DNA of 64,000 nucleotides from a virus. Lineage: Duplodnaviria; Caudoviricetes. The position numbers and the translations under genes were made by a program. Positions 8,333 through 18,761 of this stretch are shown here, one piece after another; the stretch's first letter is position 1, and each line of letters begins with the position of its first letter. The DNA lies in IMG/VR virus record IMGVR_UViG_3300035325_000364, positions 1,876 through 65,875 of that record, one strand, 5' to 3'. The notes beneath the pieces were generated by a model. That model saw only the letters and a program-made list of their open reading frames with translations, searched no databases and had not been told where the DNA came from.

Positions 8333-9516
8333 GCGCCCATGCCCTACTGTCCCCATCCAGCGCCCACCGCTGGCTAAACTGCACTCCCGCTCCCCGGCTT
8401 GAAGCCACGCTCCCCGAAAGGACGAGCGAGTATGCGCAGGAGGGGACGCTGGCTCACAGCGTTTGCGAAATCAGCGCCAAGAAGAAATTCAAGAAGGTCA
8501 AGGCGGCTGAGTACAACAAGGAAATCAAGAAACTCAAAAAGCGCGAGCTTTGGGACGACGAAATGCTCCACACGGCAGAAACCTATGTGGAGCACCTGTC
8601 AGAGCGGGCTATGGGTTTTGAGAACGAGCCGTATGTCACGTTCGAGGTCAAGGTTGACATCAGCGATTATGTACCGGAGGCGTTCGGTCGCTGCGACTGC
8701 GTGATGTTCGGCGGTGAAACGCTCATCATTACGGACTACAAGCACGGAAAGGGCGTACCCGTAGATGTTGTAGAGAATCCTCAGATGATGCTCTACGCCT
8801 TGGGTGCATTAAAGCTCTACCAGCCACTATTTGGCGGGGCAATCAAAACAGTGGAGATTTATGTGGACCAGCCCCGTATCAACTCCTACGATGGGTGGCA
8901 GGTCAGCGTTGAGGATTTGCTGGCGTGGGGTGCGGAGATAAAGCCGAAGGCTCAGATGGCGTATGCAGGCTTCGGAGAATACCATGCTGGTGATTGGTGT
9001 CGGTTCTGCCGTGCCAACGGTATGTGCAAGGCACAGGCTGAGCAGATGACATCGGCACTTGATGATTTCGGCGCGGTGTCTGGCAACAACCCGGCGCTCC
9101 TGACCCCGGAGCAGATGAGCGAGGCTTTGGAAAAGGGCGGCTGTCTTGTGGAGTGGTACAAAAAGCTCCAAGACCTGTCCCTCGAAGCAATTCTGTCTGG
9201 TACGAAAATCCCCGGCTACAAAGCTGTGGAGGGTCGGAGCGTCCGAGTATGGTCCGACCAAGACAAGGCCCTTGAAACGCTCTTGTCTAACGGTGTGGAG
9301 CGGGCAGTCATCTATGATAGTGTTCCTAAAACTCTGGCGCAGCTGGAAAAGGTCTTGGGAGCAAAGCGGTTTACCGAGCTCGTTGGCGAGTTCGTAACCA
9401 AGCCGCAGGGCAAGCCCTCGCTTGCAACTGCGGAGGATAAACGCGCAGAATTTAACAGCGCCGTTGCGGATTTCGCGGGTGTTGCTAAAGAGAAAAACAG
9501 TGCAGAGCAAAGTTGA
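8329..9516 (+). CDS. DUF2800 PD-(D/E)XK (Cas4-like) nuclease
   Basis: HALLSPSSAHRWLNC, FGRCDC, ITDYKHGKG, NPQMMLYALG, WCRFC. Confidence 0.88.
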   Translation: MSAHALLSPSSAHRWLNCTPAPRLEATLPERTSEYAQEGTLAHSVCEISAKKKFKKVKAAEYNKEIKKLKKRELWDDEMLHTAETYVEHLSERAMGFENEPYVTFEVKVDISDYVPEAFGRCDCVMFGGETLIITDYKHGKGVPVDVVENPQMMLYALGALKLYQPLFGGAIKTVEIYVDQPRINSYDGWQVSVEDLLAWGAEIKPKAQMAYAGFGEYHAGDWCRFCRANGMCKAQAEQMTSALDDFGAVSGNNPALLTPEQMSEALEKGGCLVEWYKKLQDLSLEAILSGTKIPGYKAVEGRSVRVWSDQDKALETLLSNGVERAVIYDSVPKTLAQLEKVLGAKRFTELVGEFVTKPQGKPSLATAEDKRAEFNSAVADFAGVAKEKNSAEQS

Positions 9517-9531
9517 AAGGAGAAAAAAGTT

Positions 9532-10242
9532 ATGTATAACAACATTCCCACGAAAGTCCTGACCGGAGAGGTTCGCCTGTCCTATGTCAACCTCATTCAG
9601 CCGAGGGCGAACAACAACGACCCCAACGCAGAGCCTAAATACTCCGCAACCCTGCTTATCCCCAAGAGCGATGAGGTTGTTTATCAAAATATCCTGAGCA
9701 GCATCGAAGCTGCGGCCGCGGATGCTCAAAGTAAGATTTGGAACGGTGTACGGCCTCCGGTCATGCCTATCCCGATCCACGACGGCGACGGTGTTCGTGA
9801 AAACGGCACACCTTACGGCCCTGAATGCAAGGGCTGTTGGGTAATTACCGCGTCCACCAAGCAGAAGCCGCAGGTTGTACATCAGAGCGACATCAATACG
9901 GAGTTGCTGCCACAGGACATCTATTCCGGTATGTGGGGGCGTGTCACGATTAACTTCTTTGGATACGCACGTGCTGGCAAGAAGGGCATTGGTTGCGGCC
10001 TCGGCAACGTGATGAAAACCCGCGATGACGAACCGCTGTCCGGTGGCGCGTCCGCTGCGGCAGACTTCGCTGGCGTAGGCCAGACCGTCGGCGCTCCTGC
10101 TACGCCCAATTACGGTGCGGCAATGCCCGCTACCCCCGGCCAGATGACATACCCCAACACAGGTGCGGCGATGCCCAATCCGATGGGTGTCCAGCCGAGG
10201 CAGATTAACCCTCTCACTGGTCAGCCGTTTTACGGGGCGTAA
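9532..10242 (+). CDS. DUF2815 single-stranded DNA-binding/annealing protein
   Basis: GEVRLSY, PKYSATLLIPK, IHDGD, YSG.WGRV.INF, GIGCGLGNV. Confidence 0.85.
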   Translation: MYNNIPTKVLTGEVRLSYVNLIQPRANNNDPNAEPKYSATLLIPKSDEVVYQNILSSIEAAAADAQSKIWNGVRPPVMPIPIHDGDGVRENGTPYGPECKGCWVITASTKQKPQVVHQSDINTELLPQDIYSGMWGRVTINFFGYARAGKKGIGCGLGNVMKTRDDEPLSGGASAAADFAGVGQTVGAPATPNYGAAMPATPGQMTYPNTGAAMPNPMGVQPRQINPLTGQPFYGA

Positions 10243-10252
10243 GCAGTAAAAA

Positions 10253-10296
10253 GACGAGCGACCGATAGCCTTATCAGTCGCTCGTCTCGATTTTTC
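10253..10296 (+). terminator. intrinsic terminator-like hairpin
   Basis: GACGAGCGAC...GTCGCTCGTC stem followed by a T tract. Confidence 0.6.
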
Positions 10297-10312
10297 TAAG
10301 GAGGACAATCCT

Positions 10313-10711
10313 ATGACCCCCATTGATTGGATTGATATTCAGTCTGAATATCATGAGATGGAAAGAATGTCTTGTGTCCCTGCTGGTATCCGAAAGGTAC
10401 GGGCAGACCACGTTTTCGATGAGAATCAGTCTGTTCTCTGGAATCGGAAACAGGTGGAGGATAACAACCAGCGCTTTCAGGAAGAAGTCGCTCGGCTAAA
10501 TACCGAAAAGAATAAGCGGCGTGACGCTATCTACGAGAAAATCTACAAAGCCATCCAAGATGAAGTGGGCCACGGCTTGACGCGAAAAAAGGCTGTGGTC
10601 TTGTGGAATCTCGCTTATGAAAGAGGACACGCGTACGGCATCAAGGAAGTTAAGTCGTATCTGGATGAGCTGATGGAGCTGGCAGCTTTGCTGCTTGATG
10701 ATATGAGGTGA
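10313..10711 (+). CDS. hypothetical protein
   Basis: AAGGAGG RBS, 132 aa. Confidence 0.6.
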   Translation: MTPIDWIDIQSEYHEMERMSCVPAGIRKVRADHVFDENQSVLWNRKQVEDNNQRFQEEVARLNTEKNKRRDAIYEKIYKAIQDEVGHGLTRKKAVVLWNLAYERGHAYGIKEVKSYLDELMELAALLLDDMR

Positions 10712-10714
10712 GCT

Positions 10715-11062
10715 ATGGTATTCACGATTGAGTGGCCTACGGGCTACATGGACCTAAATATCGGTAAATTCTTTGTCGAAGCCAATAAGAGGCAAATTCG
10801 TAAGGCGATGCGGTTGGCAAAGCAGTATTGCGATAACAACCAGCGCAAAGAGCTTATTACGGAAATGAACAACGAAATTAAATCTCGCACAGTGGCACTC
10901 GACCGCTGCGGCGAGCTGGAATTTGAGCGCGAACAAATCCTGCGACCGTTTTTGGGTTTGTTAGCTAAACGTCCACTTCCGCCGCAGGAAAAGCGGCTCA
11001 CAGAGCAGTGTGACCGTTTGAAATGGTGCGTTGACCTGATAGAGAATGAAAGGTGGGGATAG
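10715..11062 (+). CDS. hypothetical protein
   Basis: GAGGTG RBS, in operon. Confidence 0.55.
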   Translation: MVFTIEWPTGYMDLNIGKFFVEANKRQIRKAMRLAKQYCDNNQRKELITEMNNEIKSRTVALDRCGELEFEREQILRPFLGLLAKRPLPPQEKRLTEQCDRLKWCVDLIENERWG

Positions 11063-11279
11063 TATGAGCTATGTGAAAAACACGATAGCACACCAGCGCA
11101 TCACTGCGTACTTAGCGGCATTTGATGATTGGGAGCGCAGGAACAAAGAGGCACAGGAGGCGTGGGAGCGGCTGGTTAAAAGCGTCCACCAGATGACCGA
11201 CTATGATAAGAAGGTCTTTGAGCGTGTGTTTGAGAAGTGGATAAAGGAGGCCAAAAATGCTGCATCATCTGTCGATTGA
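11046..11279 (+). CDS. hypothetical protein (start probably MSYVK)
   Basis: fills the gap between neighbours in the operon. Confidence 0.5.
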   Translation: MKGGDSMSYVKNTIAHQRITAYLAAFDDWERRNKEAQEAWERLVKSVHQMTDYDKKVFERVFEKWIKEAKNAASSVD

Positions 11280-13242
11280 CCTTGAAACTTACAGCAGCGT
11301 TCCGATTGCAAAGGCGGGTGCGTACAAATACGTCCAGAGCCCCGATTTTGAAATCCTGCTGTTTGCGTACAGCGTTGATGGAGAGCCGGTGCAGATTGTG
11401 GACTTAGCACAGGGAGAGATACTTCCTGATTGGCTTTACCGCTCTATCACTGACCCCGCTTTCATTAAACACGCATACAACGCTGCGTTTGAGTGGTATT
11501 GCCTGTCAAAATTCTGTGGGCTGCTCCTGCCTGTGGAACAGTGGCGCGATACTATGCTCCACGGCCTCTACTGCGGTTATACCGCTGGTCTGGACGCAAC
11601 AGGCAAGGCGCTGGGCCTTCCTGCTGAAAAGCAGAAACTCTCTATGGGCAAGGCACTCATTCGTTACTTCTGTGTTCCTTGTAACCCCACTCAGGCGAAC
11701 GGCGGCAGGACACGGAACCTGCCGAAGCACGACCCCGATAAATGGGAGCTGTTTAAGACCTACTGCCGGGGTGACGTTACCACCGAAATGGAGATTGAGC
11801 GGCGGCTATCTAACTTCCCTGTGCCGGATGCAGTCGAGAAACAGTGGCAGACCGACCTCATCATCAACGCTCGCGGCGTTGCTGTGGACATGAGTATGGT
11901 GCAGGGTGCTCTCCATATCGGGGACAGCACGAGAGAGCAACTGATGGCAGAGGCTACGGAGCTCACAGGGCTTGAAAACCCCAACAGTATTCAGCAACTC
12001 ATGGGCTGGCTGGAACCGAGGGTTGACGATATGGTAACGGACCTTCGTAAAGAGACCGTTGCTACAATGCTCGAAAACGGGACCGCCAAAGATGAAGCAG
12101 CGCGAGTGTTGGAAATCCGGCAGGAGCTGGGAAAGACCAGCACCAAAAAGTACGATGCCATTGAAGCGGCGGTCTGCTCCGATGGACGCGTCCGGGGGTT
12201 GCTGCAATTCTACGGCGCGAACCGAACAGGCCGATGGGCTGGGCGGCTGGTGCAGGTCCAAAACCTACCGCGCACTTACATCGGGCAGTTACCGCTGGCA
12301 CGAGAGGCGGTCAGAAACAAAGAGGCTGACAAGTTGCGGCTGCTCTACGGTTCTATCCCTGACACCCTTTCCCAGCTCATCCGCACGTCATTTGTGGCAT
12401 CGCCGGGGAACAAGCTCGTAGATGCGGACTTTTCAGCAATCGAAGCGCGGGTTATCTCGTGGCTTGCTGGCGAGCAGTGGCGGCTGGAAGTGTTCAGGAC
12501 GCACGGCAAAATCTACGAAGCGTCGGCATCGCAAATGTTCGGAGTGCCTATTGAGAAAATCAAAAAGGGCAACCCCGAATATGCGCTGCGGCAAAAGGGC
12601 AAGGTCGCTGAGCTGGCGCTTGGCTATCAGGGCAGCTCTGGCGCACTCGTAGCGATGGGCGCTTTGAAGATGGGGATTCCAGAGAGCGACCTGCCAGACA
12701 TTGTTTCTCGCTGGCGGGAATCAAACAGGCGCATTGTGGACCTGTGGTACAGTCTCGAAAGCGCGGCGGTGTCCGTCATCGAAAGCGGTTCTCCCGCAGG
12801 GGTGAGGAACCTCATCCTGATGCGGGAGATAGACCCTGCGAATGGGCTGGACTACCTCACGATTACCCTGCCGAGCAAGCGGAAACTGTATTACGCCCAT
12901 CCAAGCCTTACGACAAACGAATGGAACAAGCCGTCTATTCTCTATTACGGCTCTAACCAGACCACAAAGCAATGGTCGCAGCTTGAAACCTACGGCGGCA
13001 AGTTGGTGGAGAATGTGGTACAGGCAATCGCCCGCGACTGCCTTGCAGTGGCGATAGAGCACTTGGAGGCGGCGGGATTCCCCGTAGTGTTCCACGTCCA
13101 TGACGAGGTAGTCATCGACATTCCAGAGGACAAGGCAAACCTCGATGAAGTGGTGCGGCTGATGACGCCGCCGATACCGTGGGCTCCCGACCTGCCGCTG
13201 AACGCGGATGGCTGGATAGGCGATTTCTTCAAGAAGGATTAA
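11257..13242 (+). CDS. family A DNA polymerase (phage type)
   Basis: IDLETYS exonuclease I motif, LIRYFC, RTGRWAG, DFSAIEAR (motif A), RQKGKVAELALGY (motif B), VHDE (motif C). Confidence 0.95.
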   Translation: MLHHLSIDLETYSSVPIAKAGAYKYVQSPDFEILLFAYSVDGEPVQIVDLAQGEILPDWLYRSITDPAFIKHAYNAAFEWYCLSKFCGLLLPVEQWRDTMLHGLYCGYTAGLDATGKALGLPAEKQKLSMGKALIRYFCVPCNPTQANGGRTRNLPKHDPDKWELFKTYCRGDVTTEMEIERRLSNFPVPDAVEKQWQTDLIINARGVAVDMSMVQGALHIGDSTREQLMAEATELTGLENPNSIQQLMGWLEPRVDDMVTDLRKETVATMLENGTAKDEAARVLEIRQELGKTSTKKYDAIEAAVCSDGRVRGLLQFYGANRTGRWAGRLVQVQNLPRTYIGQLPLAREAVRNKEADKLRLLYGSIPDTLSQLIRTSFVASPGNKLVDADFSAIEARVISWLAGEQWRLEVFRTHGKIYEASASQMFGVPIEKIKKGNPEYALRQKGKVAELALGYQGSSGALVAMGALKMGIPESDLPDIVSRWRESNRRIVDLWYSLESAAVSVIESGSPAGVRNLILMREIDPANGLDYLTITLPSKRKLYYAHPSLTTNEWNKPSILYYGSNQTTKQWSQLETYGGKLVENVVQAIARDCLAVAIEHLEAAGFPVVFHVHDEVVIDIPEDKANLDEVVRLMTPPIPWAPDLPLNADGWIGDFFKKD

Positions 13243-13252
13243 GGAGGACAAC

Positions 13253-13897
13253 ATGAAAATTATCAACCCGTCATTTGAAATCATTGGAAACGTAGACGGC
13301 TCTGCTATCGTGCGCCACATCGAGAAGTGCGGCAGGGTATGTTACAAGTCGGAGGATAGAATTACCGACGACAGCGCGGAGAAGTTCGTCGCGGGCATTA
13401 TCCAGCGCGGTCACGAGGCGGTGCTGGAACACGCCAGTGTCACGGTCAAGTTCATTTGTGACAGAGGCGTGAGCCACGAAATCGTCAGGCATCGGCTGGC
13501 CTCATTCTGTCAGGAAAGTACCCGCTACTGCAATTATTCCAGTGACAAGTTTGGCAGTGAGATTACTGTTATCAGGCCGTGCTTCACAGATGAAAACGAA
13601 ATGGGCTTTAATCGCTGGAAATCAATTTGTGAAGCAGCCGAGAGGTCATATTTTATGCTTCTGGACTTCGGCTGGTCTCCGCAGGAGGCCCGCGCTGTTC
13701 TGCCTAACTCTCTAAAAACAGAGGTCGTTATGACAGCTAACCTCAGAGAATGGCGGCATTTTCTGAAACTGCGTACCGACAACGCCGCCCATCCGCAGAT
13801 GCGAGAGATGGCACGGCCGCTGCTCTGCACGATGCAGGAGCTTGTGCCAGTCGTGTTTGACAACATTACGTGGAGGGATTACTGTGATGCGAATTGA
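13253..13897 (+). CDS. thyX: flavin-dependent thymidylate synthase
   Basis: RHRLASFCQESTR matches RHRx7SxR; NLREWRHFLKLR. Confidence 0.93.
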   Translation: MKIINPSFEIIGNVDGSAIVRHIEKCGRVCYKSEDRITDDSAEKFVAGIIQRGHEAVLEHASVTVKFICDRGVSHEIVRHRLASFCQESTRYCNYSSDKFGSEITVIRPCFTDENEMGFNRWKSICEAAERSYFMLLDFGWSPQEARAVLPNSLKTEVVMTANLREWRHFLKLRTDNAAHPQMREMARPLLCTMQELVPVVFDNITWRDYCDAN

Positions 13898-14345
13898 GAA
13901 GGACGACTACTACATCGGCATCGCAAGCGCCGTCTCGAAGCGGTCTACCTGCCTACGGCGGCAATACGGCGCAGTCATCGTGGTAAACGATGAGATTGTT
14001 TCCACCGGCTACAACGGTGCTCCACGCGGACAGGAGAATTGCTGTGACAGCGGTGTGTGCATCAGGAACGAGCTGAATGTCCCCAAGGGCGAACGCTACG
14101 AGCTTTGCAAGGCTCTCCATGCTGAGATGAACGCCATCATCAGCGCGGCCCGCAAGGACATGATTGGCGGGACAATGTACATCTCCGGCTATGAGGCCGA
14201 TGAGGGTTGCGCTGACCCGACCTGCTGCCTGATGTGCCGCAGATTCATACGGAACGCAGGAATCATCCGTGTCATCGGCAACTTCAACGGAACAGCGAAA
14301 GAAATTGATGTTAGAGAGGGGGCAATGACCCATGAACAGGGCTGA
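13887..14345 (+). CDS. dCMP/deoxycytidylate deaminase
   Basis: RSTC.RRQYGAVIV, TGYNGAP, HAEMNAI and CxxC Zn motifs. Confidence 0.9.
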   Translation: MRIEKDDYYIGIASAVSKRSTCLRRQYGAVIVVNDEIVSTGYNGAPRGQENCCDSGVCIRNELNVPKGERYELCKALHAEMNAIISAARKDMIGGTMYISGYEADEGCADPTCCLMCRRFIRNAGIIRVIGNFNGTAKEIDVREGAMTHEQG

Positions 14346-14637
14346 AATTTTAGATGCCGCTCGCGTCTGCGTATGCGGGCAGCGGGAACAGGAATACGGA
14401 AAGCCGGAGGATAACTTCAATACAATCGGGCTGCTGTGGAGCGTTTACCTTAACGCCGCGCACCCTGAGTATACAAAGGCTTTCCCCTACAACGGCATCA
14501 CGGCAAAGGATGTTGCGACCATGATGGCGTTGCTCAAAGTGGCTCGTACCGCCACTGGCAGCAGCCCCGACAGCTTCGTCGATTTGGCTGGCTACGCGGC
14601 CTGTGCTGGGGAAATCGCAACCCACGATGGGGAGTGA
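14332..14637 (+). CDS. DUF6378-like phage protein
   Basis: R...YG.PEDNF..I..LWS.YL and DSFVDLAGYAAC. Confidence 0.75.
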   Translation: MNRAEILDAARVCVCGQREQEYGKPEDNFNTIGLLWSVYLNAAHPEYTKAFPYNGITAKDVATMMALLKVARTATGSSPDSFVDLAGYAACAGEIATHDGE

Positions 14638-14860
14638 CAGAAAGCCCTCGGCGTACCGAAACGCCGAAGGGTATTATGACCCGACTGCTGGCGAGGCGTA
14701 CAGCAACATCACCGCAGACGAGCGTAAGCGCGATGCGGAACGTCTCGCTGCGATAAGCACCCTAATGCCTATCCTGCGGAAGGTGACAGAACTCGTAGGC
14801 TTTGAAATCGTTGGGCGTATCACATTCGCAGACAAAGAAACAGGCAAAAGGTACAAGTAG
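14603..14860 (+). CDS. hypothetical protein
   Basis: RNAEGYYDPTAGEA pattern common in phage early regions. Confidence 0.6.
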   Translation: MLGKSQPTMGSDRKPSAYRNAEGYYDPTAGEAYSNITADERKRDAERLAAISTLMPILRKVTELVGFEIVGRITFADKETGKRYK

Positions 14861-14954
14861 GAGGACAAAGTTATGCTTAAAACGATTGCACGTTTCGATA
14901 TGGGAAATCCCATAACGGCGTGATTATGGATATTACGAAGGGAGGCTGGCGCAG

Positions 14955-17390
14955 GTGCTGAATTATGACCGAAAGATAACAATTACGACTGGCAACAATC
15001 GAAAAAGCATAAACTGGCGGCCCCTTACGACCACGCTGTCTGAGTTCTATGAGAAGTTACGGATTCCAAGCCGTTCAACGGAAACGATGGCAGAATACCT
15101 CGCGCTTAAAAAGTCGGAACAGGATGACCGTAAGGACATCGGCGGCTTTGTTGCGGGTAGCCTCAACGGTCCCCGCCGCAAGGCGGGGGCTGTTACGGGG
15201 CGCGACATCATTACGTTGGACTTTGACACAATACCACCGGGAGGAACCGATGAAATTCTCAAACGAGTGGAAGGGCTGGGCTGTGGCTACTGCATCTATT
15301 CCACGCGCAAACACGCCCCTGCCAGTCCGAGGCTACGTCTGTTGTTCCCACTTGACAGGACAGCTACCGCTGATGAGTATGAGCCGATTGCGCGGTATGT
15401 AGCGTGGAGCATAGGGATTGAGTTTGCAGACCCTACCACCTTTGAAGCCACTCGCCTGATGTACTGGCCCAGCTGCTGTGCCGACAGCGAGTATGTGTTC
15501 AATTATGGTGATAAACCGATGCTCTCTGTGGACGGGCTGTTGGCGGCGCTGGACCAGAGTATCGGAGACTGGCGTGATGTATCGCGGTGGCCCCAAGTAC
15601 CCGGTGCGGATAACGCATACAAAAAGCTGGCAATGAAACAGGTTGACCCGCTGAGTAAGAACGGCGTGGTCGGGGCGTTTTGCCGGACATACGACGTTTA
15701 CGGCGCGATGGACACCTTTCTCGACGGCATCTATGCCCCTGTGGACGATTCGCGTGGACGCTATACCTATCTTGGCGGCAGCACAACGGGCGGTGCAGTC
15801 ATCTACGACAACGGAATGTTCCTATACTCCCACCACTCTACCGACCCATGCTGTGGAAAACTGGTAAACGCTTTCGACCTCGTGAGGCTGCACAAGTTTG
15901 GCGACTTGGACGATAGTGCAGACCCGAAAACGCCGACGAACCGGCTCCCGTCATACACGGCGATGTGCAATCTTGCCATAGCGGACACGCGGGTCTCGCG
16001 GCAGATAGCAAAGGAACGAGCCGATTCTGCGGTCAGCGATTTCAGCCAGTTGGCGCAGGTGTCAGACAGCGAGGATGCAGAGGGGCCAGACCTGAATTGG
16101 ACGCAGAACTTGGAGCTGAACAGCCAGTCTGGGGCTATAAAGGCCACGATAGACAACATCTGGCTCATTTTAGAGAATGACCCGAACCTCAAAGGCAAGT
16201 TTGCGCTTAACGAGTTTGCGGGGCGCGGAGAGATATTGGGCGACCTTCCGTGGAGCCCGTTTGAGAAACGCCGCGCATGGACAGACAACGATAATCAGGG
16301 GCTTTACTGGTACTTTGAAAAGGTCTACAAAATCACCGGAAACGGCAAAATCGACGGTGCTCTTTCACTCCACAGCGAGAAGCACAAGTTCAACGACGTG
16401 TGGAATTTCCTCTCAGGGCTGACATGGGACGGAGTGCCGCGGCTCGACACTCTGCTCATTGATTACCTTGGAGCCGCCGACAGGCCGTATGTCAGAGCTG
16501 TCACACGCAAGGCATTTACGGCGGCGGTGGCGCGGGCAATGGAGCCGGGGTGCAAGTATGACACCATGCTGATTCTCGTCGGGCCGCAGGGCATCGGTAA
16601 GTCCACCCTGCTGGACAAGATGAGTAAGGGGTGGTTTAACGACGGCATCCGCACCTTCGAGGGCAAGGAGGCCAGCGAGCTGCTGCAAGGCGTATGGTTG
16701 ATAGAGATTTCGGAGTTAGAGGCGTTCAGGCGTACCGGGGATGAGGCTCGTATCAAGCAGTTCCTTTCGCTTCGCTCAGACCGCTTTCGGGCGGCGTATG
16801 GGCGGCACGTCAAGGACATACCACGCTGCTGTGTGTTTTTCGGTTCCACGAACACGCCGGTGTTCCTGCATGACCGCACAGGCGGTCGTCGGTTCTGGCC
16901 CGTTGACGTTGGCGTACAGGAGCGAAAGAAATTCGTATGGGCGCATCTGGACGATGAGATAGACCAAATATGGGCCGAGGCGGTCATGCGCTGGCGGCTG
17001 GGCGAGCAGATTTACCTTACCGGAGACGTGGAGCAGGACGCCAAGAAAGAACAGGAGGCCCACCGCGATGTCAGCAGTAAGGAGGGCATCATCATCGACT
17101 TCATCAACCGTCCCGTCCCCGCAGACTGGCAGAAATGGCCCTTAGATAAGCGCCGCATTTGGCTCAACGGCGAGGCGGTCACAGAGGGTACAGAGTTAGT
17201 TTTGCGTGACAGAGTGTGCGCATTGGAGATATGGTGCGAAGCCTTTGGAGGGCAGGTGCGGGACTTTCGATATTCGGAATCGACAGAGATAAACGACATC
17301 CTGCGGTCACTGCCGGAGTGGGAGAAAACCCCAAACGGGCTGCGCTTTGGCTACTGTGGGTATCAGCGTGGATTTTTAAGGAGGACGTGA
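14955..17390 (+). CDS. VirE (virulence-associated E) primase-helicase
   Basis: N-terminal primase-like region (KDIGGFVAG, YSTRKH, RLMYWPS); Walker A GPQGIGKST; FFGSTN; RRFWPV. Confidence 0.9.
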   Translation: MLNYDRKITITTGNNRKSINWRPLTTTLSEFYEKLRIPSRSTETMAEYLALKKSEQDDRKDIGGFVAGSLNGPRRKAGAVTGRDIITLDFDTIPPGGTDEILKRVEGLGCGYCIYSTRKHAPASPRLRLLFPLDRTATADEYEPIARYVAWSIGIEFADPTTFEATRLMYWPSCCADSEYVFNYGDKPMLSVDGLLAALDQSIGDWRDVSRWPQVPGADNAYKKLAMKQVDPLSKNGVVGAFCRTYDVYGAMDTFLDGIYAPVDDSRGRYTYLGGSTTGGAVIYDNGMFLYSHHSTDPCCGKLVNAFDLVRLHKFGDLDDSADPKTPTNRLPSYTAMCNLAIADTRVSRQIAKERADSAVSDFSQLAQVSDSEDAEGPDLNWTQNLELNSQSGAIKATIDNIWLILENDPNLKGKFALNEFAGRGEILGDLPWSPFEKRRAWTDNDNQGLYWYFEKVYKITGNGKIDGALSLHSEKHKFNDVWNFLSGLTWDGVPRLDTLLIDYLGAADRPYVRAVTRKAFTAAVARAMEPGCKYDTMLILVGPQGIGKSTLLDKMSKGWFNDGIRTFEGKEASELLQGVWLIEISELEAFRRTGDEARIKQFLSLRSDRFRAAYGRHVKDIPRCCVFFGSTNTPVFLHDRTGGRRFWPVDVGVQERKKFVWAHLDDEIDQIWAEAVMRWRLGEQIYLTGDVEQDAKKEQEAHRDVSSKEGIIIDFINRPVPADWQKWPLDKRRIWLNGEAVTEGTELVLRDRVCALEIWCEAFGGQVRDFRYSESTEINDILRSLPEWEKTPNGLRFGYCGYQRGFLRRT

Positions 17391-17391
17391 G

Positions 17392-17625
17392 ATGTATGAA
17401 GATTTGCATCAAAAGCGTAGACCCAAAGTTCCAAAATGCCTTCAAGCTAACGGTATTCGCGGATTTTTAGGAGTTTTGAGCCCGTCAAAAGTCTATTCCA
17501 GCGATTCATTGGAGGCAAAAACATTCTTTGATGGGGTGCTAAAATACCGTATCTACAAACGTGCCGCTGGCAAGGATGAATGGCATCGTGCCTACCGGCA
17601 ACACCGATTGAATAGGAGGACATAG
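17392..17625 (+). CDS. hypothetical protein
   Basis: starts directly after the primase-helicase stop. Confidence 0.4.
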   Translation: MYEDLHQKRRPKVPKCLQANGIRGFLGVLSPSKVYSSDSLEAKTFFDGVLKYRIYKRAAGKDEWHRAYRQHRLNRRT

Positions 17626-17627
17626 AG

Positions 17628-17825
17628 ATGTATCTGGCGACAAAAGACGGCATTTCCGAGACCCCAAGACTGAGGCCAATTAAGGCGCTGTTTTGTAAGC
17701 ACCGCCATATCATAGCCGGTAAGGCTTGCAGTAAAAACGGACTGCGGAGAATTTCGGGGCTTGATGTGTATGTGGTCTGCATCGATTGCGGAAAGGTGCT
17801 TCACGAAAACCACACAAATTATTAG
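17628..17825 (+). CDS. small Cys/His protein
   Basis: GGAGG RBS; C.H and CIDC motifs. Confidence 0.5.
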   Translation: MYLATKDGISETPRLRPIKALFCKHRHIIAGKACSKNGLRRISGLDVYVVCIDCGKVLHENHTNY

Positions 17826-17834
17826 GAGGATGCC

Positions 17835-18152
17835 ATGAGGGTCAAGAAGTATAAGGGCAAGGTGTTCGGTGCTGACTTGACCGCAGCCGAGAAAAAGGCA
17901 ATGGACATCGAGATAAAGCGGCAGCTCGCGGAGTACGAACGGAATCATGCCATCGAACTCGAAGCAATCATTCTGTGGGTGCTCCATGAGCAGCTGGGCT
18001 TTGGCGAGAAACGGCTGCGGCGATTCCACGACGGGTTTGCGCCGGAGATTGACGCCCTGCTAAAACGGTACGAGATGGACGATGCAGATGAGACCTGGCT
18101 TTGTATGAAAAAGCTCAAAGACGTTGGTATCGACATCACAAAATGGGCCTGA
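17835..18152 (+). CDS. hypothetical protein
   Basis: GGAGG RBS; LHEQLGFGEKRL pattern. Confidence 0.6.
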   Translation: MRVKKYKGKVFGADLTAAEKKAMDIEIKRQLAEYERNHAIELEAIILWVLHEQLGFGEKRLRRFHDGFAPEIDALLKRYEMDDADETWLCMKKLKDVGIDITKWA

Positions 18153-18459
18153 AACACTGAAACATCTGAATGAAACATCTGAATTTCATTCACACATTAG
18201 GGATAAAGGGAAAGTTTTAGGCTGGAAATTCAACACAATGTTTCAGCCTCGAATGTTTCAATGTTTCGGGCATTGTTTCACCAATGTTTCAGGCTAAACC
18301 CTTGATATTACTGGCTTTTCAGCCTTTTGAAACATTGAAACATTCAAATCATAACTCAGGTAAAAATAGAGAGATTAGAGGAATTAGAGGGTATTGCGTA
18401 CCTCTCTAATATCCCTAATGCCCCTAATCTCATAAAAAGTATGGGAGACCAATGTTTCA
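18150..18459 (+). repeat. ori-like iteron element copy 1
   Basis: non-coding; many TGAAACA(TT)/(AA)TGTTTCA iterons in both orientations, central CCCTTGATATTAC, ATTAGAG/CTAAT repeats; lies just downstream of the primase-helicase gene cluster. Confidence 0.7.
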
Positions 18460-18473
18460 GGAGGTAAAAGCAC

Positions 18474-18761
18474 TTGAAAGAGAGCACAATCGAACGGCAT
18501 TTGGTCGAGGGCGTAAAGCGCCTCGGCGGTATGTGCATAAAGTTCACAAGCCCCGGAACACCCGGCGTTCCAGACCGGCTTATCATCACTTCGGAAGGTA
18601 GGATAATCTTCGCAGAGCTGAAAACGGAGGTCGGCTATCTGTCGAAAATCCAGAAGTACACAATCGGGCAGATGATGAAACGGGGCGCAGATGTGAGGGT
18701 GGTTAAGGGCATTGACGGCGTGAGACAGCTTTTAGCTGAAATCGAGGGAGGCGGTATCTGA
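18474..18761 (+). CDS. VRR-NUC domain nuclease
   Basis: ESTIE..L...VK..GG...KF.SPG..GVPDR, FAELK. Confidence 0.9.
   Translation: MKESTIERHLVEGVKRLGGMCIKFTSPGTPGVPDRLIITSEGRIIFAELKTEVGYLSKIQKYTIGQMMKRGADVRVVKGIDGVRQLLAEIEGGGI

Noticed and set aside
8329-9516. Cas4-like nuclease as a sign of a CRISPR system
   Set aside because: It is the DUF2800 nuclease of the APSE-like replication module; no cas genes or array nearby.
8827-10323. Long antisense ORFs (also 4398-5261, 31480-32847, 47811-49304, 55265-56407)
   Set aside because: Shadow ORFs opposite well-supported genes in GC-rich coding DNA; no RBS or recognisable motifs.
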